A stretch of 64,000 bases of DNA from contig OZ024743.1 in NCBI GenBank assembly GCA_964016885.1, positions 6,386,001-6,450,000 of the forward strand. The letters are read 5' to 3'. Every line of letters begins with the position of its first letter. Within the stretch, counting starts at the first letter, position 1. The position numbers were made by a program, and so were the translations under genes. The stretch is from Eledone cirrhosa (taxonomy: Eukaryota). Shown in pieces: positions 1-11,035 of the stretch. Below the pieces are notes generated by a model. That model saw only the letters and a program-made list of their open reading frames with translations, ran no database searches and was not told the DNA's origin.

Positions 1-84
1 TATATGGTCTTTAAAGCGAAGAAATACCGGTGATGGTTGGAAGATCACTGATGAAGGACCACTTTATTTATATATATATATATA

Positions 85-640
85 GAAAGGATAACAAGGA
101 CGATTGATTACTCCTTCATTGCATTTATTGGTAGGTGACGCGCGTTTCGCCACTGATCAGCTCAAGGTTCGATCTGTATCGATCCTACCCGACTCAATAA
201 TCGGCGGCTCGACGGACCCTTTAAAATGCTATAAGAAAATGAAATACATGCTATGTGGTAAAGCCAGAATTTCAAGAGTTTGACAAAATGAGTTGTTTTG
301 ATTGGTGGGAAGGATCAAAACAACTCATTTTGTCAAACTCTTGAAATTCTGGCTTTACCACATAGCATGTATTTCATTTTCTTATAGCATTTTAAAGGGT
401 CCGTCGAGCCGCCGATTATTGAGTCGGGTAGGATCGATACAGATCGAACCTTGAGCTGATCAGTGGCGAAACGCGCGTCACCTACCAATAAATGCAATGA
501 AGGAGTAATCAATCGTCCTTGTCATCCTTTCAATATATTACACTCTGTATAGCTAGCTCTACACCTCATCACAGAAGTGAACCTAAACATCGAGTGCTCT
601 CCCGGGTGAACCTGCAGTAACTCCAAGTTACACCCGCTGG
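85..640 (+). mobile_element. Penelope-like element end (foldback pseudo-LTR) inserted in (TA)n
   Basis: Inverted arms 85-302 and 314-531 (218 bp, one mismatch seen, 11-nt loop). HHR-like motif 396-483 followed by AATAAA (487-492). Unique tail to 640. (TA)n on both sides. This matches the known inverted pLTR architecture of PLEs. Confidence 0.7.
396..483 (+). ncRNA. Hammerhead-like ribozyme motif with long stem II (degenerate core)
   Basis: gggt-CCGTCGA(401-407, vs CUGAUGA)-gccgccgatt...gatcagtggc-GAAAC-gcgc-GTC-acct. The palindromic stem III is typical of minimal PLE HHRs. Confidence 0.5.
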
Positions 641-668
641 ATATATATATATATATATATATATATGA

Positions 669-1683
669 TAATAATGGAGCTGCGGCGCTGCAAATGGGTT
701 ACATATGAAAAAGTTTGTCCTCATCAGTGGCCTTCCAACCGTCGTAGGCATTTCGTCGCATTAAAGGCCATATACCTCAGGTTGGTGCGAGCAACGGCTA
801 AAAAAAAAGTCGTTGGGACACGTAAATAAAGGGGACGCTAGGGTAAACAAACAAAATGGTTTAAGCAGCAGAAAGTGATGAAGAAGGAAACAAGTCCTAG
901 ATTTCTATGAATATAAATTCGGTGGAATCGTGAACGAGAGAATAAAGACCATCAAACCTGGTTGAAATGTGAGCAAGGAAGGAATTTCGCACAGGTCTAA
1001 CGGGAGGAAGAAGGAGTCTGGTCTGCGAATTCGGTAAACATAAGTTCTGTGAAGTCGCAGACGAAAGAGAGAGAAAAAAATTCATACCGGCTTGGCCAAG
1101 TGCCCGCGAGAAAAGGATTACGGACAGGTCAAACGGGAAGAAAGGGGAGGATGAGAGGTAGTGACAGAGAGTGAGTGAGTGAAAGGTGAGGAAGAGGCTA
1201 ACAGAGAGAGAGACTGCTAGAAAGGGTAAAGACACAAAGAACGAAACAGACTAGTGGCAGCGGAGGAAAAAATATATGTGTAAATATGGTAATAATGGAG
1301 CTGCGGCGCTGCAAATGGGTTACATATGAAAAAGTTTGTCCTCATCAGTGGCCATCCAACCGTCGTAGGCATTTCGTCGCATTAAAGGCCATATACCTCA
1401 GGCTGGTGCGAGCAACGGCTAAAAAAAAAGTCGTTGGGACACGTAAATAAAGGGGACGCTAGGGTAAACAAACAAAATGGTTTAAGCAGCAGAAAGTGAT
1501 GAAGAAGGAAACAAGTCCCAGATTTCTATGAATATAAATTCGGTGGAATCGTGAACGAGAGAATAAAGACCATCAAACCTGGTTGAAATGTGAGCAAGGA
1601 AGGAATTTCGCACAGGTCTAACGGGAGGAAGAAGGGGTCTGGTCTGCGAATTCGGTAAACATAAGTTCTGTGAAGTCGCAGAC

Positions 1684-1685
<2 letters not shown>
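669..1685 (-). mobile_element. Non-autonomous element in partial tandem (621-bp period) inserted in (TA)n, probably PLE-derived
   Basis: 669-1064 is repeated almost identically at 1290-1685. (TA)n flanks both sides. A stem-loop plus CTGATGAGG motif lies on the minus strand near the 3' end. A related + strand copy is at 1-62. Confidence 0.55.
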
Positions 1686-1721
<36 letters not shown>

Positions 1722-1934
1722 AAGGGGGAGAGAGAAAGACTGGTGGGTGTTGGTGTATGCATATATATAATTGAGTTGTGAAAAATGAAGGCGTCTTTTA
1801 CACAGTATAACATACAATTTAACAAATATATTGTAATTTCAATTTGTCATAGATCAGCCTAAATAAACTACATTTTCCAATGATTTGGGGTTATTTTTCC
1901 AACGGACATGAATGTGTGTGTGCGCTTAATGGAT

Positions 1935-2390
1935 TTTTAACATTGGCACAAGGCCACACATCTAAGCAAAGGTCTAGTTGATTGAAACAACCAGTACTTC
2001 ACTTGGGCTTTATTTTACCGACCCCGGTAAAGGGAAACGCAAAATCGTGTTCAGAGAGACTTGATTTCGAACGTAAGAGTGCATGGAAATACCGAAAGGG
2101 ATTTTGTGCGTCACTACGTCGTTGATGCAAATACGTTGCTCCAAATATATATTGATTGTTAACAATGGAATGAGGCCGTATATTTGGTGGAAGATATAGT
2201 CAAATAAATCGACTCCTGTACTTGACTGGCATTTTATTTTCTCAGTACTTGACTGACACTTTATTTGTGATCAAGGAGGCTGAAATGTAAAATTGATCGT
2301 GAGGAGTTTTGAACATATAACGTCAAAAGCTCTTAACTAATACCGTAAGTTATTTTTCTAACTATCCAACAGTTTTGCTCGATCACTATC
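1935..2390 (-). mobile_element. Two degenerate tRNA-derived SINE copies
   Basis: Reverse-complement matches to the SINE tail (ggcacaaggcc), the central domain (tttattttaccgacccc...) and the B-box region (tttgaac). Confidence 0.55.
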
Positions 2391-2556
2391 CTTCAAATGT
2401 ATTGAGATGAGAATTGAATATTTTCACTTTTCACTTCAATATAGGCTATGTTTTCAAAAGCTTCACAAAAACTTTTACCCCGAACAGTGCTTATATAGGC
2501 AAAGCATTTTCTGTCCCTAAGGGCATTTTACCCGATTTTCTAAAGCTATTATTATT

Positions 2557-2690
2557 AATAATGGTTTCTGATTTAGGCATAAAGCCAACAGTTTTAGTGG
2601 GGGAATCGATTGAATCGACCCAAGTGCATCACCGGTGCTTTATTTTATCGACCCCGTAAGGATGAAAGGCAAAGCTAACCTCGGCGGGAT
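2557..2690 (-). mobile_element. tRNA-derived SINE, 5'-truncated
   Basis: tttattttatcgaccccgtaaggatgaaaggcaaagctaacctcggcgggat is the reverse complement of the family consensus seen at 33826-34010. Confidence 0.85.
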
Positions 2691-2828
2691 CACGGCCTTT
2701 TGCATTCTGATTTCAAATCCTGCTGAGGTTAGCTTTGCCTTTCATCCTTACGGGATCGATGAAATAAAGCACCAGTAATGCACTGGAATCGGTTTAGGCC
2801 TTGTGCCTAAATCAGAAACCATTATTAT
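2691..2828 (+). mobile_element. tRNA-derived SINE, 5'-truncated
   Basis: ttcaaatcc B-box remnant, tttgcctttcatccttacggg core, ggccttgtgcctaaatcagaaacc tail. Confidence 0.85.
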
Positions 2829-2924
2829 ATATAATGATTTCTGGGTTTGTTTATCAACTGAAAGGGTGTAGTTGATGCCTTTTTTTTTCATTCTGGAGGC
2901 TTAATGCTCTGTTTTCAGACTATT

Positions 2925-3060
2925 TTCTGTGGCCAAAGTACGGCGAAGCGTCCGAAATGTTGAGACCCTCTTCCTGCTATATCAAGCGTTAACCTAATAT
3001 ATCCCTTCCATGTACCGATTGTGTTGTTATTTCTGTTTACCTTTTACACACACATATATA
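2925..3060 (+). mobile_element. PLE 3' end relic
   Basis: gaaatgttgagaccctcttcctgcta...tgtgttgttatttctgtttaccttttac is shared with the HHR-bearing end at 29040-29170. Confidence 0.5.
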
Positions 3061-3064
3061 TATA

Positions 3065-3450
3065 TATCGTTTTTGAATTTGGTGTGTTGAAACAGATATT
3101 GTTTATATATGCATACAGTATCAGCGGAAAATGCACAAAGAAAAGGTTACATGAGACAAGGCGAACAGTCAACTGCATCTCTACCTCGTTAGCCTCATAG
3201 TAGCGTGCAATTACGCGCATTAAGAGGGGATTGCACTTGTAATAACTCTTTGTGCGGCAGATTAGAGAAATACTCCGTTGGTAAGATGCTTGTGAGACAA
3301 TATCACAACAAAGAATGGACAAGGAAATTTGCGGGTCTCTTTCGACAAAAACAGAGATAGATACATGAAAATATTACGACGAGAAACAAATTAAAAGATT
3401 TGTGGCTGAATTATTAAAAAATAAATTGTAGAATGTGCAACATGTTAATG
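3065..3450 (-). mobile_element. Distant relative of the 669-1685 element
   Basis: Shares aaggaa(a)tttgcgggtct (about 3321-3338 vs about 978-999) and the stem-TTAATGCG-stem-CTAACGAGG motif (3184-3227, minus). Abuts (TA)n. Confidence 0.35.
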
Positions 3451-3599
3451 CTGGAAATAAGGAACTAGTGAATTTAAGGGGTGAGGGAAGAAGAGGGGAA
3501 GGCAGAAAACGAGAGAGACACAAAGAGAGTATGGGAGAGGAGGAGTATGTGTATGTGTGTGTGAGAGAGAGAGGAGGGGAGAGATAAGGAGGGAGATAG

Positions 3600-4060
3600 G
3601 AAATAAGCTTGGAAAAGATTTTATAAGGATCTTCAAAGAGTTCGCCCTAAACGTCACAGTCACCCCCAACTTGACCAAGGTCAACTTTCTGGACATCACT
3701 TTTGACCTCAAAAGTGGAAAACACTACCACTATAGGAAACCTAATGAGGAAACCGTTTATATACATAGGAACTCTCACTTCTCTCTCCACACACATACAC
3801 CTATAGTTAGAAACCTTGTAAACAGGATTAGTAAAAGAATATCTAGCTTATCATCCGATAAACAAATCCTCAACAGGCCTGCACTCCATTACAAAGAAGC
3901 ATTTACGAGAAGTGGCTATACGGTGTATATGGAGGACAACCTCACAGAAGAGTGTTAGAAAGAGGAAAATATAATCATTTAACTTTCCATTCAATTTAGA
4001 GGTGCTGAAGAAAATACCTAATATCTTCCTGTTTCTAATTAGAAATCATTTCCCTTATAC
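3600..4060 (+). pseudogene. Penelope-like RT C-terminal/thumb fragment (resembles Hydra-clade PLEs)
   Basis: ORF 3557-3958 contains VNFLDITFDLKSGKHYHYRKPNEETVYIHRNS...ISKRISSLSSD...YKEAFTRSGY, which fits the PLE FLD / Y-x-K-P / Y-x-H-x-x-S-x-H / SGY motifs. Confidence 0.75.
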
Positions 4061-4841
4061 ATACATCATCCCGTCATTACCGAAACCCTACAAATGTCTT
4101 CTAGTTGGATACCACTTTTCTAAGACCGTAGGCTACAGAGCCACTTTCACACTACCAGACAGTTTACCCAATGAGTTCAAAGTTAAATTGACCTACCACT
4201 TACATTTAAGTGTAGGAACAGAGAAAACACAGTTCTGTTCCGTTTCATATGGCGGCTCCGGACCAGGGACCCAGCCTCCTGAGCACTAATAAAGCATTCT
4301 AGACACCCCCATACTGCGCCGGGGGGCACAACGGTCAACTATGCCTCCCAGAGAGATCGCGAATGCTGCAACAATATGCAATATCTATTAACAGGAAAAA
4401 CTGACTTAACATTTTCCTGCCACCGGAGAAGCGCTTTCTTAGCCAACTTCAAACCACTGGCCCCTCAAAGATCTCCCTAATTCCATCCGACTCGCATGTA
4501 GGCGTGAAGCAGACAGCTTGACCCAGTATTCACACCCTGAAAATACTAACATCATACTCACCAAGTGTCACCGAAAATAACAATTGACCAATCAACCAAC
4601 CAGCAACATGGCATACATAGAGAAGACCTACCAAACACATTGCCGCCTGAGGGATACCAAGGAGATTACTGGATTCCATTGAGATCAATGGCGTCGTCTA
4701 ACGTCATCGTGTTGTCGATGACTTGTCAACTCCACTATTTAGCCTTAATAAAATGAATATTAAAACTCTACTTCAGTACTGGGTACTTTTTTCTCTCAGC
4801 CGTCAACCACATACATACATATATATGTGTTTATATATATA

Positions 4842-6140
4842 CTATCATTAAAGCCCGGCGTTGCTCGGGGTCCTCGGGGTCATTAAGTTACCAAAGTTAG
4901 GTTGCACCACCCATTTTATGGCAGCACGTTTTTGTCTGTCAGGCACTGGGTGAATGAATTGCAGACCTGGACGCAGGAGCTGCGCCAGCAGTGACAATTG
5001 TAGTTTCGCCTATGGATATTATCTCTGTGCAAAAAAGTGTTGAAATTTATTGTTTCACAGTACTTGCGCAACACGCGCGTAGACGATGCCAGCCGAACAA
5101 CAGAGCTGCGATGGAGTTGTTCTGCATGGTTGTCTGTGTGTTTTCTAAATTTAAGACAGTAAGGAGGGTTGTGATATGAGGGAGAGTTAGCTGTTGTTTC
5201 TAGCAGGTTTAGTGACCTTATAGAGGATATGTGTTTTCTAAATTTAAGACAGTAGGGAGTGGTGTGATATGGAGGAGAGTTAGCTGCTGTTTCTAGCAGG
5301 TTTAGTGACCTCATAGAAGATATGTTTTCTAAATTTAAGACAATAGGGATGGGTGTGATATGGGGGAGAGTTAGCTGCTGTTTCTAGCAGGTTTAGTAAC
5401 CTCATAGAGGATATGTGTTTTCTAAATTTAAGACAGTAGGGAGTGGTGTCATATGGGGGAGAGTTAGCTGCTGTTTCTAGCAGGTTTAGTGACCTCATAG
5501 AAGATATGTTTTCTAAATTTAAGACAGTAGGGAGGGGTGTGGTATGGGGGAGAGTTAGCTGCTATTTCTAGCAGGTTTAGTGACCTCATAGAGGATATTA
5601 TTGTTTATCATTATCTATAAAAGGCAGATTGTTGTTGTTGTTGAAGTGAGTGTGTGTTTGTATGCGTTTGGAAAAGAGGTTTTAAAAAAGATTTATCGCT
5701 TGTTGTTGAATAAATGTATCTGTTGCTTTTGAATAATTGTCGTTTCGTATGAAATGTAATAATTTGAAGTATAAAAGAGAAAGTAGCAAAATGTGTGAGT
5801 GGTAGATAGAGGAAATCAGATGATATGACAGAGTAATACGGACAGTATCACCATCAAGCTTGGAAAGAGAAAGTAGCAGAAAGTATGAAGTTGTATAGAT
5901 TTTGAATGGTAGTAGAAAGAGTTTAGCAGTTTAAATGACAGAGAAAAATCGTAAAATATTGAGTTTTATCTATTTTTTGCGTAATTCTGGGTGAAATTGA
6001 AAAAATTATCTGCGTCAAGACGCAATCGAAACTATTTCGAATACTGAATTGTAAATTTCAATTGAAGAAATTCTATATCGTAGATTTCTATAATGAAGGA
6101 GCTTGACCACACACTGAGCTTTATAGATTATGATATATGA
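4842..6140 (-). mobile_element. Non-autonomous Helitron with internal ~92-bp minisatellite
   Basis: Minus-strand 3' end cccgagcaacgccggg hairpin followed by ATAG|T (degenerate CTAG); 5' end atcataatctataaag. Homologous to 21339-22256. Five 91-93-bp units at about 5135-5597. Confidence 0.75.
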
Positions 6141-6187
6141 TATATGATATATGATATATATATATAGATATAGATATATATATATAT

Positions 6188-6366
6188 AGGAAAAGAGTCT
6201 CCTGACAGCTAGATCCGAACTAAGCCAAGTTCGGATCTAGCTGTCGAAACGGCCGGAGCTCAGTCGTCGAGGTCCTGATTCTTTTCCTATTACCCACTCT
6301 ACTACCCTAAGTATCGAGTACTCTAGTGCGTTATGGTCCACCTGGTTTCTTACCACACTTACTTTG

Positions 6367-6370
<4 letters not shown>
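6188..6370 (+). mobile_element. PLE 3' end with degenerate long-stem-II HHR, inserted in (TA)n
   Basis: Perfect 18-bp hairpin 6204-6221/6228-6245 directly followed by GAAAC-ggcc. Tail motif atcgagtactc (6313-6323). Related pieces at about 26000-26090 and 47600-47655. Confidence 0.55.
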
Positions 6371-6399
<29 letters not shown>

Positions 6400-6411
<12 letters not shown>

Positions 6412-6829
6412 TGTAGTTCCTGTCTGTTTGTTTATTTGTTTGTTTGTTTGTTTGTTCACGAACTCCTCCTATGGTATCAGCAAATCTCAATAATATTAAG
6501 ACACCCTAATGGAGGTTAAACCCCCTATAGGGAAAATTTTGGAAGCGTATAACTTGAGTATTGGAACTTTGAATTTCTAATTTGAAAATAATGCTTTACA
6601 CAAAAATTAAATGATCAAGTTTTGAATTGATATTTTGAAAAAAAATTATTTACAAGAAACAAAATAAGAATAAGATTTAATAATGTCATTTTCATGCATC
6701 ACATTTTACATTGAGTAATATTGAAATGCAGAGTTTTTCTCCATAAATTATATCACTGATTTAAAACCAATCATCATTTTCTTACAAAAAAATGTGTGAA
6801 ACGCAGCAACGCGCGGGTAATTCAGGTAG
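6400..6829 (+). mobile_element. Non-autonomous Helitron (with (GTTT)n near 5' end)
   Basis: 5' atataaag...(gttt)n and 3' gcaacgcgcgggta...GTAG|T terminus, typical of invertebrate Helitron/DINE-like elements. Confidence 0.55.

Positions 6830-6892
<63 letters not shown>
6830..6892. repeat. Compound (AT)n(GT)n microsatellite
   Basis: Seen directly. Many other (AT)n, (AG)n and (AC)n tracts occur, e.g. 8528-8625, 9790-9834, 13465-13515, 24840-24932, 43985-44060. Confidence 0.95.
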
Positions 6893-6895
<3 letters not shown>

Positions 6896-7746
6896 GCTGC
6901 AGTACCCTGTAATACCCGGTGAAGGTGGGGTTATTCGCAGTTCCCTTAGTGTGCCTGAAAATGTTAGCGACCATGGGTGCCCATACTGGATTTTTAATAG
7001 GTGTGCTAGGTGTGTTTATGGCAGATCAATTTTTTGTGTGGAACTATCAATAGCTGTTTAAGTCATAAATCCTTCTTCCATCCAGCTTTCTTCATTCAGA
7101 GTGAATAAGCTGGGAAAGTTTGAGTTCGAGGAGTATCAAACTTATTCAACAAACATATGTATAAGAATAGCAAACTTACTGTCTTAGCGCTCAAGAACAA
7201 ACACAGAACAATTGAGAAAGTCATCGTAATTATTGAAGAAATTATAACCGTGTGAACATTATTCAGGTACTGTTCAAGCACCCTGTATATTGCCGTTTGT
7301 AGAGCCCTTCGATAGACTGAAGCAATTCAATAAAACCATTCCGTTTCCCCCTACAGTAGACATAACCCGTGAAAACACATCATAATAAGTCGGATAAACA
7401 ATCAGAAGTGTTGGCCCTAAAGAGGACCTTGTAACGTTCACAGTTGCAAAGTCTCAATAATGGGAGAGAAGTTACATCTTAATTCGTGTTAATCTTCCCA
7501 CGATCCGACACCTCGAAATATCGACAAAATAAACTCTACTCTCAAAGACGGCATATTACAATTAACATGCCGGGAGTATGAATATTCGTCAACATACGAT
7601 TTGGGTTTTATTCTTTGGACTAATCTCATGGCACTTTTTTGTAACTTATCACCGATTCCTGCAGTTGACCTTAATGTGACCTAAGTGTGTGTACGTGTTC
7701 AGAATCCATATCAGTGGATGTGATATATATATATATATATATATAT

Positions 7747-8155
7747 ATCACATAAAAAACGGAGAATCAGTGTTGCGACGAATTAGAATTTATTAGACAT
7801 ATAACAATCGTTTCTCTGGCGACCAGCTCGAGGGCACGATCGATGCGATGATCGAAACTGATTCTGAAATCGCAAGTTCTTCAGATACGTCTCTGGAAAT
7901 TCTCAAAATGGAAATTCTACTTTGAGGGATAGAGACGTATCTGAAGAACTTGCGATTTCAGAGTCAGGTTCGATCCTCGCACCGATCGTGCCTCGAGCTG
8001 ATCGCCAGAGAAACGATTGTAATATGTCTAATAAACTCTAATTCGTCGCAACACTGATTCTCCGTTTCTTATGTGATATTATACTCTGCTCTGTAAGAGC
8101 ATCGAGTGCTCAAACGGCCTACTGAATACGGACGCTTTAAGCATCCCACGCCAAA
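7747..8155 (+). mobile_element. PLE foldback end with long-stem-II HHR, inserted in (TA)n
   Basis: Inverted arms about 7747-7894 and 7931-8077. agacgtat-CTGAAGA(7941-7947)...GAAAC-gatt-GTA-atatgtct-AATAAA. Tail motif atcgagtgctc (8101-8111). Confidence 0.7.
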
Positions 8156-8524
8156 TATATATAGATATATATATGTATATATACAGAGACATCTGTTCAG
8201 TCGTCAACCAAAATCAGATTGCCGTCTGCTTTGTTTGAAATTTCTTTATGTAAATTTCTAATAAGTTGTTGCCTCGTTTTGGAGGACTGAGTTTTGGGAG
8301 GAGGAAGGGTTTAACATACAGTAGTATCTCCTCTCTCACTGAAACGTCTTCTCTTTCCTCCTCCATTGTAAAGATGTCTCCAGGGGTTCCATTATTGATT
8401 TTTATTGAAATCCAATTAGCCAGTCCTGAATATTAGTTTAACGTGTGTAAAGTTTCATTAGGATTGGATCACTGGTGTAGGCGCCAACTGGTTATACACA
8501 GTAGACCGACAGACAGAAATTGCC

Positions 8525-8629
<105 letters not shown>

Positions 8630-9330
8630 ATCATCACATTCTTTTTATACTGGCCTGAGACATGCACGCGATATAAGTGACACATGAAAAATCTCCAGAA
8701 GATTCCATAGAAGTGCTGAAGGTATTTATTACACATTTAAAAAATAATGTACACGTGACATGGATATGTTGGAAAGGGCGTGCTTATCAAGTGTCGTATA
8801 TGTTGACAGCCATGTCACCAGTCTTGATAATTTCAGGCTTCTGAAACAATTATTTTATAGTGAATTAGTTTTTGGCAAGTGTCTCCTGCACAAACCAAAA
8901 CTATTAACTGAGAATATCATGCAACGACTGTAAGCAAATTGACGTTTATAAATTGCAATTTGAGAAAAACTGAATTGTTCATCAAAGAGCGAAACCAGTT
9001 CCCTGAAAGCTCCAAATAGTTAAATTTTCTTGCGCTAAAGGACCCAGAAATGATCTCATCTGTACTGTGTGTGGTCGTATTACACTTTCAAAAGCCAGTC
9101 TTGTTGGTCATGAGCAGGGCCGTCTTAACAGCATTATAGGCCCCCGGGCAAAGCAGAGCACTGGGGCCCCTACCTACACAACCACTCACTGGAATAAAAA
9201 TACAAATGGGCCCCCTATCCTCGTGGGGCCCCCGGGAAACTGCCCAGCGTGCCCATGCGTTAAGACGGCCCTGGTCATGAGAGATTATATGTCAGGAGTT
9301 AAACACAAGATGTTTATGTAGTGCATGCAG
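8630..9330 (+). pseudogene. Decayed RTE (BovB-like) LINE C-terminal region with C2H2 finger
   Basis: Frame-broken ETCTRYK*HMKNL.., HVTSLDNFRLLKQLFYSEL and CTVCGRITLSKASLVGHE, matching RTE ETWTLY.., GHVxRMxDxRLPKQLFYGEL and CxxCGRxCxSxxGLxxH. Confidence 0.6.
9115..9273. mobile_element. hAT-type MITE (159 bp)
   Basis: 15-bp TIRs cagggccgtcttaac / gttaagacggccctg and a perfect 8-bp TSD gtcatgag (9107-9114, 9274-9281). Confidence 0.9.
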
Positions 9331-9796
9331 TTCCATCAGTCTCATACGGACACTATTGTTCTTTATGCTGAAAAGTGTGTACATTTGCTTTCGAGTTTAA
9401 AATCTATTTCATAAAAAATGAATAAGGTCGCAGCCTTGTTGTTATATGTGATCGTTGTTACAAAGGCTGACCCTGTTATCAATGAAAGATCATATGTCTG
9501 TCTGGAAATAAACACAAGATGTTAATGTTCTTTTAATATGACCGGTCGCATCCCAGCACAGCTATCTGTTGTGCTCGAAGATTGTAATTGAAAATCTATT
9601 TTGTCCAAATGCATTAGGGCTCAGCTCCTGCTGCTAATATCCTTCATCAATATACTATGATACGTCTGCTGTAAAAATGTTAAACATATATTTATAGTGA
9701 TCCACTATTGTTATAATCATTTACATTGGCATGTTTAGATTTCAAGTTTCAAATTTTCCCAATGTTTTTGAAGTCAACCGGATGTTTTCACACACA

Positions 9797-9836
<40 letters not shown>

Positions 9837-9960
9837 TTTCTTCCATATTTTCTGTAACCATTATCAAACATATATCCCTTAAAATACGATGATTTACTTT
9901 CACCTACATATCTGTATATTCATCTTCGAAATGTTATAGAAACAATTATTATTGTTGTTC

Positions 9961-10145
9961 TAAGAGCGGTGGATTGGCAGTATCAGTAGAGGGTCGGACA
10001 CCATGCTTTGAAGCATAGAGTTACGTCCCTTTATGATCTGAGTTCAAATCCCGCCGAGGTTAACTTTGCCTTTCATCCTTACGGGGTCGATAAAATAAAG
10101 TACCAGTAATGTACTGAGTAATTGTAAAGTAGAAACAATTATCAT
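9961..10145 (+). mobile_element. tRNA-derived SINE, near full length
   Basis: A-box-like tggcagtatcagtagag, B-box gagttcaaatccc, central tttgcctttcatccttacggggtcgataaaataaagtaccag. Confidence 0.9.
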
Positions 10146-10329
10146 TGTTGTCCCTGTCCGGAGAAAGCTATCAATCTATAGCTATTTATGTATAGAGGTA
10201 AATGTACATAAATAGATACCTATAGATTGCTAATCAGACCGACAGGTAGATACACAGATAACGCGATAGGTATGTAAGTAGGAATGTGTCATGTATATAT
10301 ATGTATATGTTTATGTATATATATGTATA

Positions 10330-10375
<46 letters not shown>

Positions 10376-10378
<3 letters not shown>

Positions 10379-10930
10379 TAAATCATGTCCTTAGAATTAT
10401 TAGATAAAATATATACCATTTCCTCTCCCAATTAGCATAATTAACCATATAAAAAATCAATTAGACTAGGCTATAAGAATAAAGGTTCCTATGAAGAAAT
10501 ATTTGATAAATAACCGAAAGCGGCCTTTTCGCGGTGACCCCAATAGAGTATTTATCCAACATTTCAACAGCATGTAGAAACTGACTAAATATACCGTCAA
10601 CCATACACAATTAGGTGTAAATTAAAACTTAGAAGAAACGTGTACATACCGTAATTACATCTCTACCATGGTTTCGTCCGTATTTTTAGATATCCTATTG
10701 TTAGGATGAACCTAGAGTAACAGACTCTCCAGGAGACAAACTCAAGGTTGGACAGTTAATTTTCCAAAGCGATCGCGCCAAATTGATTTTTTATATGGTT
10801 AATTATGCTAATTGGGAGAGGAAATGGTATATATTTTATCTAATAATTCTAAGGACATGATTTATGATATATTGCTCAGATTATTTAATTTATTAATTCT
10901 TCATTGAGCCACTACGTGACCGGTTGCCAC
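10376..10930. mobile_element. PLE end with inverted duplication, inserted in (TA)n
   Basis: About 10376-10462 is the inverse of about 10782-10868. HHR on the minus strand at 10659-10737. Tail to 10930. Confidence 0.65.
10659..10737 (-). ncRNA. Hammerhead ribozyme motif with extended stem II (A6G core variant)
   Basis: Minus strand: gtctc-CTGGAGA-gtctgt-[36-nt insert containing the atccta/taggat hairpin]-acggac-GAAAC-catg-GTA-gagat. Stems I, II and III all pair. Confidence 0.65.
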
Positions 10931-11001
10931 ATATATATCTATGACTTTATGTATATGTAAATCTTTATATTTATATATATATAATGTATGTATGTATATA
11001 T

Positions 11002-11035
<34 letters not shown>

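Noticed and set aside
418-457. SECIS element in the HHR stem II (TGAG...TGAG)
   Set aside because: No apical AA, uneven helix lengths, and the 5' TGAG is not conserved in the 7933 homologue.
728-770. Twister ribozyme (UAAUGCG start on minus strand)
   Set aside because: Lacks the twister P4/pseudoknot sequences (GGUC..AAGCC-like).
4060-4800. Possible LINE ORF1 zinc-knuckle relic (PYCAGGHNGQLC)
   Set aside because: Single weak motif in a broken frame; cannot be supported by eye.
4916-5498. Repeated 'LLETAANSPP' ORFs (also 21621-22191)
   Set aside because: Translations of the Helitron minisatellite; no recognisable domain.
7090-7290. Tc1/mariner end (caccctgtata)
   Set aside because: No matching opposite TIR or transposase found nearby.
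9961-10060. tRNA gene (A/B boxes)
   Set aside because: These are SINE heads; there is no cloverleaf and they continue into the SINE core and tail.
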